Shown: positions 48,402 through 58,770, numbered from the stretch's first letter. The stretch is 64,000 nt of DNA from an uncultured delta proteobacterium (GCA_963778655.1 CAVZVA010000009.1:928001-992000); one strand, 5' to 3'. Numbers and translations: made by a program. The notes: generated from the sequence alone by a model not told the origin.

Positions 48402-50516
48402 CTACAGCTTGCCACCCTTCACGAATTCGACCACCCCACCTTCGATCGTGATCACGCGCCCGCCGCGCAACGCCGCCACCTCCGCGCGCTCGACGCCCTG
48501 AGCTTTGAGGGCGTGTGCGAGCTCATCGGCTCGTTGGGAGCGCACGCGTGCGTCGAGCTGCTGCCAGGCGGAGCGCCGCACCGCTGCGTCCAGGTACCGC
48601 TTCTCGTCCGTGCCTTTGATCCAGCCCCGCACCAGCAGGGGCGAGAGCGCCGAGAGCTGGTCGTGGCTCAATGCGCGCACGGCGGGCGCTCCGGCCGCGC
48701 CGGTCTTGACTGCCAGATAGGTCGCGGTGCAGAGGATCACCACCACCGCCAGCGCCAGCCGGATCACGCGTCCGTCGATCACGATGCTGAGCTGGGGCCA
48801 GGCTCGCGTGCGCTCGTTCTTGTTGGTGCTGCGCTTGGCCGCGGGCGCGGCCTTGATCGGCTCGGGACGCGGCTGAGGAGGCGGACGGCGTATCACGCCG
48901 AAGCTGTCGTCCACCGCGGTCTCCTGCTCGTGCAGACGACGTGTGATCTGCTCGCGCGGGCTTCCCTCCGACGTGAGCTGGTTCGAGTCGTAGAGGTGTT
49001 CGAGATCGGCGATCCAGGCGTCGATCCGGTTGGCGACCTCGACGTTCAGCCAAACCGACAGGTACACGAACTCGGAACACACCAGCTGCTCGCGCATCGA
49101 GACCTTGTAGCCGTGTAGATCGAGGAAGAAGCCGTCGAAGAACTGCTCGTGCGTCGTGAGCGTGCCAAGGCGTTCCCGCATCTCGTGCAAGTACTCGAGC
49201 GACTCGTTGAGCTCGTCCTCCTTGATCTTGCGCGGAAGGCCGCCGATCAGCTGCTCGAGCACCGGCTTGGCGCGCTCGGGAGGCAGCAGGCGGCGCTGGC
49301 CGTCCGCCGCGCTGGCGACCAGCAGGCGGGTCGCGATCGCTTCGAACCTGTCGCGCCGCTGGCCGGCCGCCAGCCGGCGGCTCACCAGCAGCCGTCCGTA
49401 GCGGACCAACAGCTTCTTGTGGTGCTTGGGGCTACCGAGCTGGTTTGCGAACACCTCGGGCGGCACCATGTCGTCGAGCGCGAGCAGCTTGTCCTCGATC
49501 GGGCCAAGCTGGCGCTCCACACCGTCGAGTTGCTGCGGCGAGGCTCCGTTCAACGCCTTTTCCGGCTCCTTGATCAGGCTGGGTTGCCCTTGGGCCCCAC
49601 CGAAGACCGCTTCGAGCTCCATCAGCATGCGTGCGACTTGCTTGCGATCCTCGTCGGCGATGGCGAGGAAGCCCATGAAGCGAAACGCGTCGCGGCACAC
49701 CACCACGCGCAGCAGGGCGCGGCGCACGCGTTGCCGCTGCTGCTCCTCGGCGCTCCGGGACCGGTCCTGGGGCGGGAGCGAGACCCCGAGCTCCAGCCGG
49801 GCGGCGGCGGACCTGGGCTCCGCCGCCGGCGCCGCTTGCGGGACGGCCGCCGCGCCTTGCTCGCCGGTCTCCCCCTCGGCGACTGCCCCAGCGGGCGCGA
49901 ACATACCTGCGCCGCCCTCCGCTTCCGCCTCGATGCGGGGCTGCCCCGGCGCGCTCGCATCGGCGGCTTCCCCGGATGCGGGCGCGGCCGGCGGCTGCGG
50001 CTCGCCCGCGCCCGGCAGCGGCTCGGTCTCGGGGCGTGACGGCGTCAGACTCGGCGCGTCCAGATCGAATACGAAGTCCATGGTGGTGCGGGCGCCTTCG
50101 CGCGGCGCCACCTCGCGGGCGGGCGAATCGAGCTCGAACAGGAACTCCACCGTGGAGCGCTTGGCGTCCGGCACGGCCGCCGCGGGGGCAGCCTGGGGCG
50201 GCGTGCCCCCATTGTGCGCGGCCGCCGCCGGTGACAACCCCAAAGAGGGCAGATCGGGTGGCAACCCCGGGCTTCCCTGCACCTGCTGGATCGGGGGTAC
50301 CTGGACCTGGGGAAGTATCGGCGGTGCGGCGCCGGATGCTGCGGGCGGTGGTGGAGGCGGCGGCGGAGGAGGACGCAAGTTGGCTACTTCCGCGGCGGGG
50401 GGCGCGGCGATCGGTGGCGGGACGGGGCGGGCCTTGTCCCTAGGGGGCGGGGGCACCGCGCGCACTGGCGGCGGCGCGTTTCCCCGGCCGCTTCCGGGTT
50501 TGGGCGGACCGTTCAT
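48402..50516 (-). CDS. Hypothetical protein: Pro-rich N-terminus, helical core, single TM near C-terminus
   Basis: Start ATG 50516 (MNGPPKPG...); host-like codon usage; TM segment VIRLALAVVVILCTATYL. Confidence 0.65.
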   Translation of the reverse strand: MNGPPKPGSGRGNAPPPVRAVPPPPRDKARPVPPPIAAPPAAEVANLRPPPPPPPPPPAASGAAPPILPQVQVPPIQQVQGSPGLPPDLPSLGLSPAAAAHNGGTPPQAAPAAAVPDAKRSTVEFLFELDSPAREVAPREGARTTMDFVFDLDAPSLTPSRPETEPLPGAGEPQPPAAPASGEAADASAPGQPRIEAEAEGGAGMFAPAGAVAEGETGEQGAAAVPQAAPAAEPRSAAARLELGVSLPPQDRSRSAEEQQRQRVRRALLRVVVCRDAFRFMGFLAIADEDRKQVARMLMELEAVFGGAQGQPSLIKEPEKALNGASPQQLDGVERQLGPIEDKLLALDDMVPPEVFANQLGSPKHHKKLLVRYGRLLVSRRLAAGQRRDRFEAIATRLLVASAADGQRRLLPPERAKPVLEQLIGGLPRKIKEDELNESLEYLHEMRERLGTLTTHEQFFDGFFLDLHGYKVSMREQLVCSEFVYLSVWLNVEVANRIDAWIADLEHLYDSNQLTSEGSPREQITRRLHEQETAVDDSFGVIRRPPPQPRPEPIKAAPAAKRSTNKNERTRAWPQLSIVIDGRVIRLALAVVVILCTATYLAVKTGAAGAPAVRALSHDQLSALSPLLVRGWIKGTDEKRYLDAAVRRSAWQQLDARVRSQRADELAHALKAQGVERAEVAALRGGRVITIEGGVVEFVKGGKL

Positions 50517-50661
50517 GCTGACTCTCCGATGGTACCACCGGGAGCGCGGGAACCAGCGCGGTCGTTGGCATCCACTGTGCGTGTCGCTTCCCACCCCACC
50601 TGTAGTTTGGGGGATCACGGAGCCCGGTGGATCCCGTATAGTCGCTGGCCGGGGCTTGGTT

Positions 50662-51501
50662 ATGGCCGACGAACGTTCGAGCGTTGCACACCCACCCGCC
50701 GCGGCGGACGACGAAGTCGGCAGCCTGGACGAGCTCGAGGTGCTGGAGGAGCTCGTCGAGGACAAGCCGGCCTCGAGCGACACCGGCCAGCGCTTGCGCC
50801 CTCCGAGCGCGCCGACTTCTGCCGGCCGCGCCAGCGTGCCGCCACCCGTGCCCAAGGACGCGCGCGGATCCAGGCCGCCGGGCTCGCTGCCGCCGCCCTC
50901 GCTGGGGCGCGCGCCCGGGTTCGTGGTGGAAGCGGGGTCGGGCACTCTGCCGCGTTCCGGGATGTTTCGGATCGAGCGCGAGGCTGGCTCTGTGCCGCCC
51001 GCGCCGCCGACCACGACGGCCGCCGGCATCATCCCGGCCCCCGCCCGTGCCAGCACCGCGCCGCCGCCTCCCAGCGGCGCGAGCGATGTTGCGGGGCTCA
51101 AGCGCACGCTCGCGGCGCTCTCCAGTCAGCTGCGGGACAACAGCGCGCAGATCCATCGCCTACGATTGATGGTCAAGCTGCGCGAGGATCGGATCCGCGA
51201 GCTAGAGGCCGCGTCGCGCGAGCAACAGGCGCGCGCCGACGCGCTGGCCGCGGAGCTGGCGGCGCTGCGGGCGCAGCGCACAGCCGACGACCTCAAGCGC
51301 ATCGCCGGCATCGGCCCTGGCTTCGAGCGCGCGTTGCACGGGCTCGGCGTGACCACCTTCCGCCAGATCGCGGATTGGACGCCGGCCGACGTGCAGCGCG
51401 TCGCGGCGGCGATCCGCACCACACCACGGCGCATTCTACGTGACGACTGGATCGGCCGCGCGCGCGCGATCGCCTGCGCCGAGGAGCAGGGCGAAGCCTA
51501 G
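50662..51501 (+). CDS. Pro/Ser-rich, coiled-coil protein with C-terminal helix-hairpin-helix (DUF4332 / NuoE-tail-like) domain
   Basis: DDLKRIAGIGPGFERALHGLGVTTFRQIADWT...DDWIGRAR. Start is ATG 50662. Confidence 0.7.
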   Translation: MADERSSVAHPPAAADDEVGSLDELEVLEELVEDKPASSDTGQRLRPPSAPTSAGRASVPPPVPKDARGSRPPGSLPPPSLGRAPGFVVEAGSGTLPRSGMFRIEREAGSVPPAPPTTTAAGIIPAPARASTAPPPPSGASDVAGLKRTLAALSSQLRDNSAQIHRLRLMVKLREDRIRELEAASREQQARADALAAELAALRAQRTADDLKRIAGIGPGFERALHGLGVTTFRQIADWTPADVQRVAAAIRTTPRRILRDDWIGRARAIACAEEQGEA

Positions 51502-51522
51502 GGGCTCGGCTCCGAGGAGATC

Positions 51523-51640
51523 ACAGCAAGACGAGAAGGCGGGAAGCAGGTCTCTTCCCGATCAGGAGCTGTCTCGACGCCGCGGGACGTGCGGAACAAT
51601 CCTCATCCCTTTCTGTCTTCCCGCCTGCCTGTCTTCTTGC
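51523..51640. repeat. REP-like inverted repeat (ACAGCAAGACGAGAAGGCGGGAAG ... CTTCCCGCCTGCCTGTCTT)
   Basis: Sits between convergent genes; a related copy occurs at 58728-58743. Confidence 0.55.
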
Positions 51641-52100
51641 GCTTGGCACGGCCGAGCGCGAGCACGCGACGGAAGTGCGCGGGCTCCACGGGCTGCACCG
51701 ACAGCCGCATACCGCGGCGGGCCACGAGCATGCCGTCCAGCTCGGCGTCGGACCTGAGCTGCGTAAGCGGCACGAACACGGGCAGCTTCTCCACCGGCTC
51801 GAGATCGACCATCGACCAGCGAGGATCATCGGGATCGGACGCGCGGTCGTAGTGGTCGCTGCGCGGATCGAACTGTGTGGGATCGGCATAGGCCTCGCGG
51901 CACACGCGCGCCACGCCCGCCACGCCGGGCGGCTGCGTGCTCGAGTGGTAGAACAGCACCAGATCGCCGGCCCGCATCGCGCGCATGTGATTGCGCGCCT
52001 GGTAGTTGCGCACGCCGTCCCAGCTCCCGCGGCCATCGCGCACCAGATCGTCGATCGAGTAGACGTCCGGCTCGGTCTTCATCAGCCAGTAGCGGCGCAT
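51603..52100 (-). CDS. EVE domain protein
   Basis: YWLMKTEPDVYSIDDL...WDGVRNYQARN...FYHS...RLSVQPV. Confidence 0.95.
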   Translation of the reverse strand: MRRYWLMKTEPDVYSIDDLVRDGRGSWDGVRNYQARNHMRAMRAGDLVLFYHSSTQPPGVAGVARVCREAYADPTQFDPRSDHYDRASDPDDPRWSMVDLEPVEKLPVFVPLTQLRSDAELDGMLVARRGMRLSVQPVEPAHFRRVLALGRAKRKKTGRREDRKG

Positions 52101-52107
52101 GAGCCCT

Positions 52108-53103
52108 TCACGCGAAGAAGCGCTCGGCGGCGTCGGACGAGAGCTCGATGCCGGTCACCTTGGCCTTCTGCACCAGCTCCCAGTAGTAGCGATAGGTCGC
52201 GCGGTCGTGCAGCTCGCCTGCGTGCTGGATCGGGCCCCAGTTGGCCTCCTGCGCCTGCAACAGGATCTCCACGGCTTCCTTCACCTCCTCGTAGCGCGGC
52301 TTCATCGCGTCCACGATCGGCTGGATTTGCGCGGGGTAGATCGACCACATGCGCAGAAAGCCGAACTCCTCGCGCGCGCGCTTGGCGTCGGCGTAGGTCT
52401 GATACTGGTTGCGCAGGTCGAGCGTCACGTTGTGGGCGGGCACCACGCCGCTGCACATCGCGGCCGAAACCGTGCGCGCCTTGGCGTAGGCGATCGCGCG
52501 GTGCTCGAACTGGCCCGGCGAGCGCATGTTCTCCGAGCCGACCGCGCCGTGAAAGCCGGACACGAAATCCATCAGGCCGAAGTCGAGCACCTGAACCCAG
52601 GGTAGGGCGGCGATCTTGTAGGCGTCGCGCAGCGCGCCGTGGGTCTCGATCAGCACGTGGATCGGGATCTCGCGCGTGAGGCCTGCGCGCTTGGCGGCCG
52701 CCTGAATGTATGCGATCTGCTCGGCTGCCTGCTCGACCGCCGTGGGCTTGGGTAGCGTGATGTATGCGAGCGCCGCACCGGCGCCCGGCACCAAGATGTC
52801 CACATCCTGCTTCCACAGCGCGTGGGTGTAGTCGTGGATCCGCACGCCCGCCTTTTTGAACGCGTTGGCCTTGCCCTTGGCCACGTCGACCACCATCTCG
52901 GCGTGCTGCTTCTCCTGCCCCTGCTTGGCGCCATCCTCGCAGTCCATCGTGATGTCGAAGATGCCGTTCAGCTTCTGCTGCAGCTCCATCGCCTTGACGA
53001 TCAGCTTCTCGCTACCGGCGAAATGTTCGCAGGTGTTGACGATCGGAAAGGGCTTTTCGCCCGCAAACAGGGCGTCGTTGGGATGAATCAGGGTCTGGCT
53101 CAT
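52108..53103 (-). CDS. HpcH/HpaI aldolase / CitE-like (citryl/malyl-CoA lyase) family protein
   Basis: DCEDGA, LPKP, LIETHG, DFGLMDF, WSIYPAQI and GELHDRA. Confidence 0.88.
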   Translation of the reverse strand: MSQTLIHPNDALFAGEKPFPIVNTCEHFAGSEKLIVKAMELQQKLNGIFDITMDCEDGAKQGQEKQHAEMVVDVAKGKANAFKKAGVRIHDYTHALWKQDVDILVPGAGAALAYITLPKPTAVEQAAEQIAYIQAAAKRAGLTREIPIHVLIETHGALRDAYKIAALPWVQVLDFGLMDFVSGFHGAVGSENMRSPGQFEHRAIAYAKARTVSAAMCSGVVPAHNVTLDLRNQYQTYADAKRAREEFGFLRMWSIYPAQIQPIVDAMKPRYEEVKEAVEILLQAQEANWGPIQHAGELHDRATYRYYWELVQKAKVTGIELSSDAAERFFA

Positions 53104-53229
53104 GGCGGCATCCTCGGGCGGCTCTCGCCCGCGAGGGTGCGGCGGCCGCTTGCGCGTGCCTATAGCACGTTCCTCGGCCTGCGTGGCAAGACCGCCGCGG
53201 CGCGGTCCGCGGCTCGTGCCGTGTGGGCC

Positions 53230-54429
53230 TCAGCCCGCGCGCTCGATGCCGGCCGCCCGCAGGCCCGCGAAAGGGTGGCCGAGCCCATCGTCGAGGGCGC
53301 TTTGCGCGAGCACGCGCAGCGCCTGCGCCAGGGCCTCGGCTGGCAGTAGAGCGTGCGGCGCCGATTTCACCCGCAGCAGCCGCGCCGCGTGCGCGCGCGC
53401 TACCGGCGAGCGCGGTGCGAAGGCCAGCGCCACGCTCGCGCGCAGCAGCCGCTCGCGCGGCTGCGCCGCCCAGGCCGGGGCTCCCGACCAGCGCGACAGC
53501 GCGCCGGCCAGACGCCCGTGCCGGCCCGTGCCCGGCTCGGCATACAGCGGCTCGCGGTGGAGCACGTAGCGAAGCAGCTTGCGCGCGCTGCCCACGCGCC
53601 ACGCTTCCTGCTCGAGGTAGCGGTCCGCGAGCGCTCTCCGCGTGTCCTCGACCCACGCGGACAGCGAAGCTCCGTGCGGCTGCCAGCGATCGGGACGGCT
53701 GCTCCATGCGATCGCCTCGCTGTAGGCGGCGCGCAAGGTCGCGCTGGCCCGCGCCGCGTCGAGCGCCGCGGCGCGCGCCGCCAAGGTCTCGGCGTACAGG
53801 CCACGCTGCAGCAGCAACGCGTCTCCGCATGCCAGCACCGCGCGTTGCAGCGGCGCCACGGCCGCCGCCGCGTCATCGGGTGCTTCGAGCCCGCACAACG
53901 CCAGCGGCGCGAGCGCCTCGCACAGCGCGAACAGCGGCTCGTCCCAGCGCAACTGCGGGCTGGGCCGGCTGGGGATCGCGGACAGCAGCGTGGGATTGCC
54001 GGCTAGCGTGAGCGCCTGGCCCCGAGCCGCGTGGAACCACGGACGCGTGTTGGGCACACCGCGCAGCTCGTCCAAAGCGATTGCCCGGATCACCACCCGA
54101 GCGTGCAGCAGGCGCGCCCAGGTCGCCGCCATCATCGTCAGCGGGCGTTGCTGGCGCTGCGGCGCGTGCCGCACCAGCGCCAGCACCTCGTAGCCCGGAT
54201 CCGCGGCGCAGGGCTCGCCGCCGCGCAGGCGAATCCCGCCTTCGGCGCGCGCGAACGGTCCCAGCAGCACCAGTGCGCGCAGCACGTCGCCGACCTCGGA
54301 ATCGATGCCCGTGCCCAAGCGCGAGAGATCCTGCGCGACGCGCGCCTCCGCGGCGGGCTCACCGCACAACGTGTGGCGGACACTCGGGCCCGAGGCAGCG
54401 CTTTTGGGCTCAGCGTTGCGCTGGCGCAT
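53230..54429 (-). CDS. Hypothetical protein, possibly degenerate nucleotidyltransferase fold
   Basis: LVLLGPFARAEGG resembles the hG[GS]xxRGEG NTase motif, but the acidic metal ligands are not evident. Confidence 0.5.
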   Translation of the reverse strand: MRQRNAEPKSAASGPSVRHTLCGEPAAEARVAQDLSRLGTGIDSEVGDVLRALVLLGPFARAEGGIRLRGGEPCAADPGYEVLALVRHAPQRQQRPLTMMAATWARLLHARVVIRAIALDELRGVPNTRPWFHAARGQALTLAGNPTLLSAIPSRPSPQLRWDEPLFALCEALAPLALCGLEAPDDAAAAVAPLQRAVLACGDALLLQRGLYAETLAARAAALDAARASATLRAAYSEAIAWSSRPDRWQPHGASLSAWVEDTRRALADRYLEQEAWRVGSARKLLRYVLHREPLYAEPGTGRHGRLAGALSRWSGAPAWAAQPRERLLRASVALAFAPRSPVARAHAARLLRVKSAPHALLPAEALAQALRVLAQSALDDGLGHPFAGLRAAGIERAG

Positions 54430-55809
54430 GCGTCCGGGTGCTGAGGTAGAGCTTGTCGAAGCTGACGTTCACCCCGAGGCCGTACAGCGTGTCGAACGGG
54501 TTCAGCGGAGCCCGTTCATGCCCATCGGGCCCGAGCTCCGAGAAGGCGTCGATCATGCGCGCCGAGACCGTCATCCACGGGGTGATCTTGTAGCCGAGCG
54601 AGAGCACCAGCCAGCGCACGTTGCGCCAGTGCGTGGCGCTGGTGTCGCCGACCGTTACCGGACCGGTGTCGATCATCAGCGACTCGGTCGAGAGGCGATA
54701 CGCGAGGTACCACCAGAACGTGAGCGACGCGCTCGCCGACCATTTCTTGCCGAAGTCGAGCCCCGCGCTGAGGTCGAGCACGATCCAGTCGCGCTTGGAG
54801 CTGAGCTCACCGGGCGAGGCGCACTCGTGCAGCGCGCTGCCGACCTGGTCACACGGGATGTGGGCCACCAGCAGCGGTACGTTCGAGACATTCAGGCGAC
54901 GCACGTAGCTGAGGTTGACGCCCGCGCTCAGCTTGTCGAGCACCCGCTTGTCGCTGTAGATGCCGCCGATCGCTGCGCGCGGACCGAAGATCATGGTGGC
55001 GGCACGGCTGTCCTTGGAGGTCGGCAGCACGGCGCCCAGAGTGCCGGTGAACAGCAACCCGCGCTTGGAGTCGATTTCGTAGTCGAAGCTGTGATTGAGG
55101 TCGACGGTGGTGTCGAAGAACCACAGCTCCTGGTTCGTCGTGGTGGTGTCCGAATCGGTCAGCTCGATGGTCGCGGGCAGGGTGACCGACAGCGCGGTGC
55201 TCTTGCTCAGCTTGTAGCCGAGCAACAGCGTGAGGTACCAGGCGTAGGTGGGATTGAAGGTCCGCTGGTTTCCGCGGCCGAAGCCGGCGGCGGTATAGGC
55301 GTGTAACCACGACAACGATGCGCTCCACGGCACCTCGGGCTCCGCCGCTTCCTCCCCCCGGCCGGCGGCGGCTCGGACGAGGCCTCGCGTATCGCTCCAG
55401 TCGTGGTCGTGGTGGCGGTCGCAGGTGTGGTCGCGCCTCCGCCGCTGGCAATCGTCGCGCCCGCACCCGCCGGCTCGGCCGTGCCGGCGGTCGTAGCCTT
55501 GGTGGTGGCCGTGGCCGCAGTCGTGGCCGCCGCCGTGGAGGGCGCTTGCCCCGCCGCAGCGCCCGCGCTGCCACCGGCGCTCGCGGCTTGGGTCTGCTGC
55601 TTGGCGTCGCCAGCCTGTGCGCCGTCGGGCTGGGCCGCGTCGGGTTGCGCCTGCGCGGGCTGAGCACCCTCGGCTTGCGCGGCTTGCGCTTGCCCGGCTT
55701 GGACCGGCTGGCCGGCCTGCGCGCCGGGGGCGGGCGCGTCCTGCGCCCGAGCCACGCCGCTGAGCAGCGCCGCACACGCGATCAGCCATGCCGCCTTCCG
55801 AACGCCCAT
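54410..55809 (-). CDS. Secreted / outer-membrane beta-rich protein, split by a frameshift in a G6 run (55354-55359)
   Basis: Signal peptide MGVRKAAWLIACAALLSGVARA and an Ala/Thr/Gln linker in one frame. Amphipathic beta-strands (WSASLSWLH...LGVNVSF) in the other. G7 would restore the frame. Confidence 0.65.
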
Positions 55810-55891
55810 CGTCACCACATCCCGTCCGGCCTCTCCGCCGGGAGCCGCCGCAGTATGACAGATGTCGGAGGCGCGGGACATCACGGCCGTC

Positions 55892-56404
55892 TCACTCCAC
55901 GAACGGGGTCGAAAGCCCGCCGCTCTTGCGCAGGGCCTCGAACAACACGATCGCCACCGTGTTCGAGAGATTGAGGCTGCGCACACCTCCGCTGGTGGGA
56001 ATGCCCCAGACGCGTCCGCTGTGATTTTCCAGCATCGCTCGGGGCAAGCCCACCGACTCCTTGCCGAAGACCAGCGCGTCGCCGGGCCGCAGGTCGGCAT
56101 CCAGGTAGCTGCGCGTCGCGCTCGAGCTGAACAGGTGCAGGCGGGTCGCGGCGTAGGCCTGCCTGAAGTGCTCGAAGCTCGGGTGCAGGTGCACGCGCAC
56201 CAGGTGCCAGTAGTCGATGCCCGCGCGCCGCAGCGCGTGGTCGTCGACTTTGAACCCGAGCGGCTCGATCAAGTGCAGCGGGCTCGAGGTCGCCGCGCAG
56301 GCGCGCGCGATCGCCCCGGTATTGGGCGGGATCTCCGGCTCGACCAGCACGATGCGAAAGGGCTCGTGCAGCGGTTGGCAGCGCAGCTTCGGGGTGTTGG
56401 GCAC
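55892..56404 (-). CDS. trmL: tRNA (cytidine/uridine-34 2'-O)-methyltransferase
   Basis: IVLVEPEIPPNTG, LHLIEPLGF, RRAGIDYW, FGKESVGLP and RSLNLSN. Start is approximate. Confidence 0.92.
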   Translation of the reverse strand: MPNTPKLRCQPLHEPFRIVLVEPEIPPNTGAIARACAATSSPLHLIEPLGFKVDDHALRRAGIDYWHLVRVHLHPSFEHFRQAYAATRLHLFSSSATRSYLDADLRPGDALVFGKESVGLPRAMLENHSGRVWGIPTSGGVRSLNLSNTVAIVLFEALRKSGGLSTPFVE

Positions 56405-56567
56405 GTGTGCGGATCGCCGGCGCGCTCCGGGCGCGCGAGCAACTGAGCGCGCCAGCGTCGGATGCGAGCCAGAGCGCGCACAGCGTTTATACACCACGCG
56501 CCCGCCGCGCGCGCGACCGGCTCGTCGGGACGTTGCAGGACGGCACCCGTCGATTTAGCCTCCGCCG

Positions 56568-57617
56568 GTGGCACGCCCGGCGCTTCCGGCTCTGATCTGC
56601 GCGGCGGGGGCGCTGTTACTGCTGTGCCCTGCCGGAGCGCGGGCCAACAGTCTGGACCTCGCGCTATCGCGCGCCCGACTCGACCCCCAGGACTGCCCGA
56701 TGAGCGCGGTGGGGTACTGTCCAGATCAGGAGATGTTCATCCGGCTGGTCTCGGAGCTGGCAGTGGCTATGGCGCCGCCGGCGGACTCGCCTGCGCGCAC
56801 GATCGGTCCGCGCGCGCTGCAGCTCAACCTCGACATCACCCTGACCAGCATCGAGGCGCAGCAGTCCTACTGGGCCCTGGGCACCGAGGGCGACGGGGGG
56901 CGCGGCTCGGAGGACGTGAACACCAACGTGCCTTCGTTCCTGGTGTGGAATCGGCTCGCGGTCCGCAAGGGTCTGCCCTTCGGCTTCGAGGTCGGCGCCA
57001 CCCTGGGACAGGGTGTGAGTACCTCGCTCTGGTCGCTGGGCCTGGCGCTCAAGTGGGCCCTGTTCGAGGGTTTCCGCACCGGCCTCGGGCGCTTGCCCGA
57101 CGTTTCGGTGCAGGCGGCGCTGAGCCGCAGCGTGGGCTCGAGCCAGGCCTCGGTGCGGCTCTACGCGATCGACTTCACGCTGTCCAAGCCGTTCGTGGTG
57201 GCCCAGACATGGTCGCTGTCGCCGTTCGCCGGGGTGCAGGCGCTCTTCAGCCACGTCGACAGCGGCGTGATCGACATCACGCCCGGAAGCGGACCGGCGA
57301 CGCCCCCGGACCCGTCCGGCGACGCCTACGCGGCGTGCAATCCCAAGCCGGGACACCGCAGCTCCGGCACGCCGACCTGTGCCGCGGACGGCTCCGCCGC
57401 CGACTTCGCCTACAACGTCGTGTTCGACCCGGTCAGCCAGACTCGCGTCCGCGCCTTCCTCGGCGCCCAGGCGCGTTACCAGATGCTGATCGTGTCGCTT
57501 TCCACGATCTTCGATCTGGCGGCGCCCGCGCTCGGGGTGACGCCGGTGCGCTTGCCCTCGTCGTCGCGGGTCGCGCGCCAGGCGGCGCTCAACTTCGCGG
57601 TCGGCGTGGTGTTGTAG
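56568..57617 (+). CDS. Hypothetical secreted / outer-membrane protein
   Basis: Signal peptide, RKGLPFGFE and KWALFEGF segments, and a terminal beta-strand. Confidence 0.7.
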   Translation: MARPALPALICAAGALLLLCPAGARANSLDLALSRARLDPQDCPMSAVGYCPDQEMFIRLVSELAVAMAPPADSPARTIGPRALQLNLDITLTSIEAQQSYWALGTEGDGGRGSEDVNTNVPSFLVWNRLAVRKGLPFGFEVGATLGQGVSTSLWSLGLALKWALFEGFRTGLGRLPDVSVQAALSRSVGSSQASVRLYAIDFTLSKPFVVAQTWSLSPFAGVQALFSHVDSGVIDITPGSGPATPPDPSGDAYAACNPKPGHRSSGTPTCAADGSAADFAYNVVFDPVSQTRVRAFLGAQARYQMLIVSLSTIFDLAAPALGVTPVRLPSSSRVARQAALNFAVGVVL

Positions 57618-58684
57618 TGCGTCGCAGGGCGCTGGCGTTCGGCCTGCTCGCGATCGCGCTGCTCGCGCTGCTGGTTGGGACGCTGTGGCTGGACCCGCTG
57701 GGGTGGCGCGGCGGCGCCGAGCTTTCGCGCGCGCTCACCGAGCGCGGGCGCGTGGCCGTGCTCGGACCGCGCGCGTGGCTCGAGCTGCGGCCCGAAGGCG
57801 CGCGTCCGTTCGCGGCCGACTCCGTGCCGCAGCTCGCTGCGGCGCTCGCAGGGCATGAGCCCGCACGGTTGCTCGCCGCGCTCGAGCACGCCGGTGCCGA
57901 GGCGCTGCTGGTTGACCCGCTTTCGCCCGCCTCCGACCACGCCGCGCTCGTGGCGCGGCTTGCGCGCTACGAGCACGTCGACGGGTTGCGCGGCCTGGTG
58001 CTCGCGCCGGGCTTTGCGCTGTATGCGCCCGACCCGGTGCAGCAGCTCTCGGCGGCCGAGCGCAATGCGCTCGCTGTGGTGGCGCGCGCGCTGCTTGGCG
58101 GCGCGCGGCGGCCGCGGACCAGCTCCTTTCCCGAGCCGTTGCGCCGGCTGCGTCCGGTCGAGGTGATGGTGTTGTTGCGCGAGGGCACGCGGCCGCGGCT
58201 GTGGCGCTCGGCACGCGGCAGCTCGCTGGCCACCGCGCTGATGACCGCGGCGGTGGTGGCGCGCGAGCGCTGGCAGGAGCGCGCGCAGGCGATGGGCGCG
58301 GCGCTCGATGCGGAGCTGCCGCACCTCGACCTCGACGTGTCGTTGCTGGAGGACGACGGCACGATCGCCGATCGCGAGCCGGCGTTCATCGATCGTGTGT
58401 TCTTCCCGATGCACGGCGTGGGCTACGAGCGCAAGGGGGCGTGGCACTACTCGCTGCCCGAGGCGACCCAGCAGGACGGCAAGGGGCGCGCGAGCCGCGC
58501 CTACCGCAAGCTGTTCGCCGACGGGGGCCTGCCCGAGGACAGCTTCGGACGCCACGACCTGCGCCTGTACCGACTGGTGGTGCAGAAGCTGGCCAGCTCG
58601 CCCGCGCCGCCGCCGATCGAGGACGCGCTCTCGGCGCCCAAGTCGCCCGACGAGCTGCTCGGCACGCGCTCCGGCCTCAAGTGA
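57617..58684 (+). CDS. Hypothetical membrane-anchored protein (C-terminal region possibly AMMECR1-like)
   Basis: GTG overlaps the upstream TAG; N-terminal TM segment. The domain guess is weak. Confidence 0.55.
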   Translation: MRRRALAFGLLAIALLALLVGTLWLDPLGWRGGAELSRALTERGRVAVLGPRAWLELRPEGARPFAADSVPQLAAALAGHEPARLLAALEHAGAEALLVDPLSPASDHAALVARLARYEHVDGLRGLVLAPGFALYAPDPVQQLSAAERNALAVVARALLGGARRPRTSSFPEPLRRLRPVEVMVLLREGTRPRLWRSARGSSLATALMTAAVVARERWQERAQAMGAALDAELPHLDLDVSLLEDDGTIADREPAFIDRVFFPMHGVGYERKGAWHYSLPEATQQDGKGRASRAYRKLFADGGLPEDSFGRHDLRLYRLVVQKLASSPAPPPIEDALSAPKSPDELLGTRSGLK

Positions 58685-58727
58685 GGTGCGAGCGGATCGA
58701 GAGGACTCACAGCAGCCCGGCGTTGGT

Positions 58728-58743
58728 CTTCCCGTCTTGCTGT
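58728..58743 (-). repeat. Second copy of REP-like motif ACAGCAAGACGGGAAG
   Basis: 15/16 identical to 51523-51538; again between convergent genes, within a hairpin starting at about 58709. Confidence 0.55.
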
Positions 58744-58770
58744 TGACTCCCGGAGGCTGTGCTCAGCCGT

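Noticed and set aside
49417..51107. Long overlapping antiparallel ORFs suggesting dual coding
   Set aside because: They resolve into two divergent genes starting at 50516 (-) and 50662 (+); the extensions are stop-poor GC shadows.
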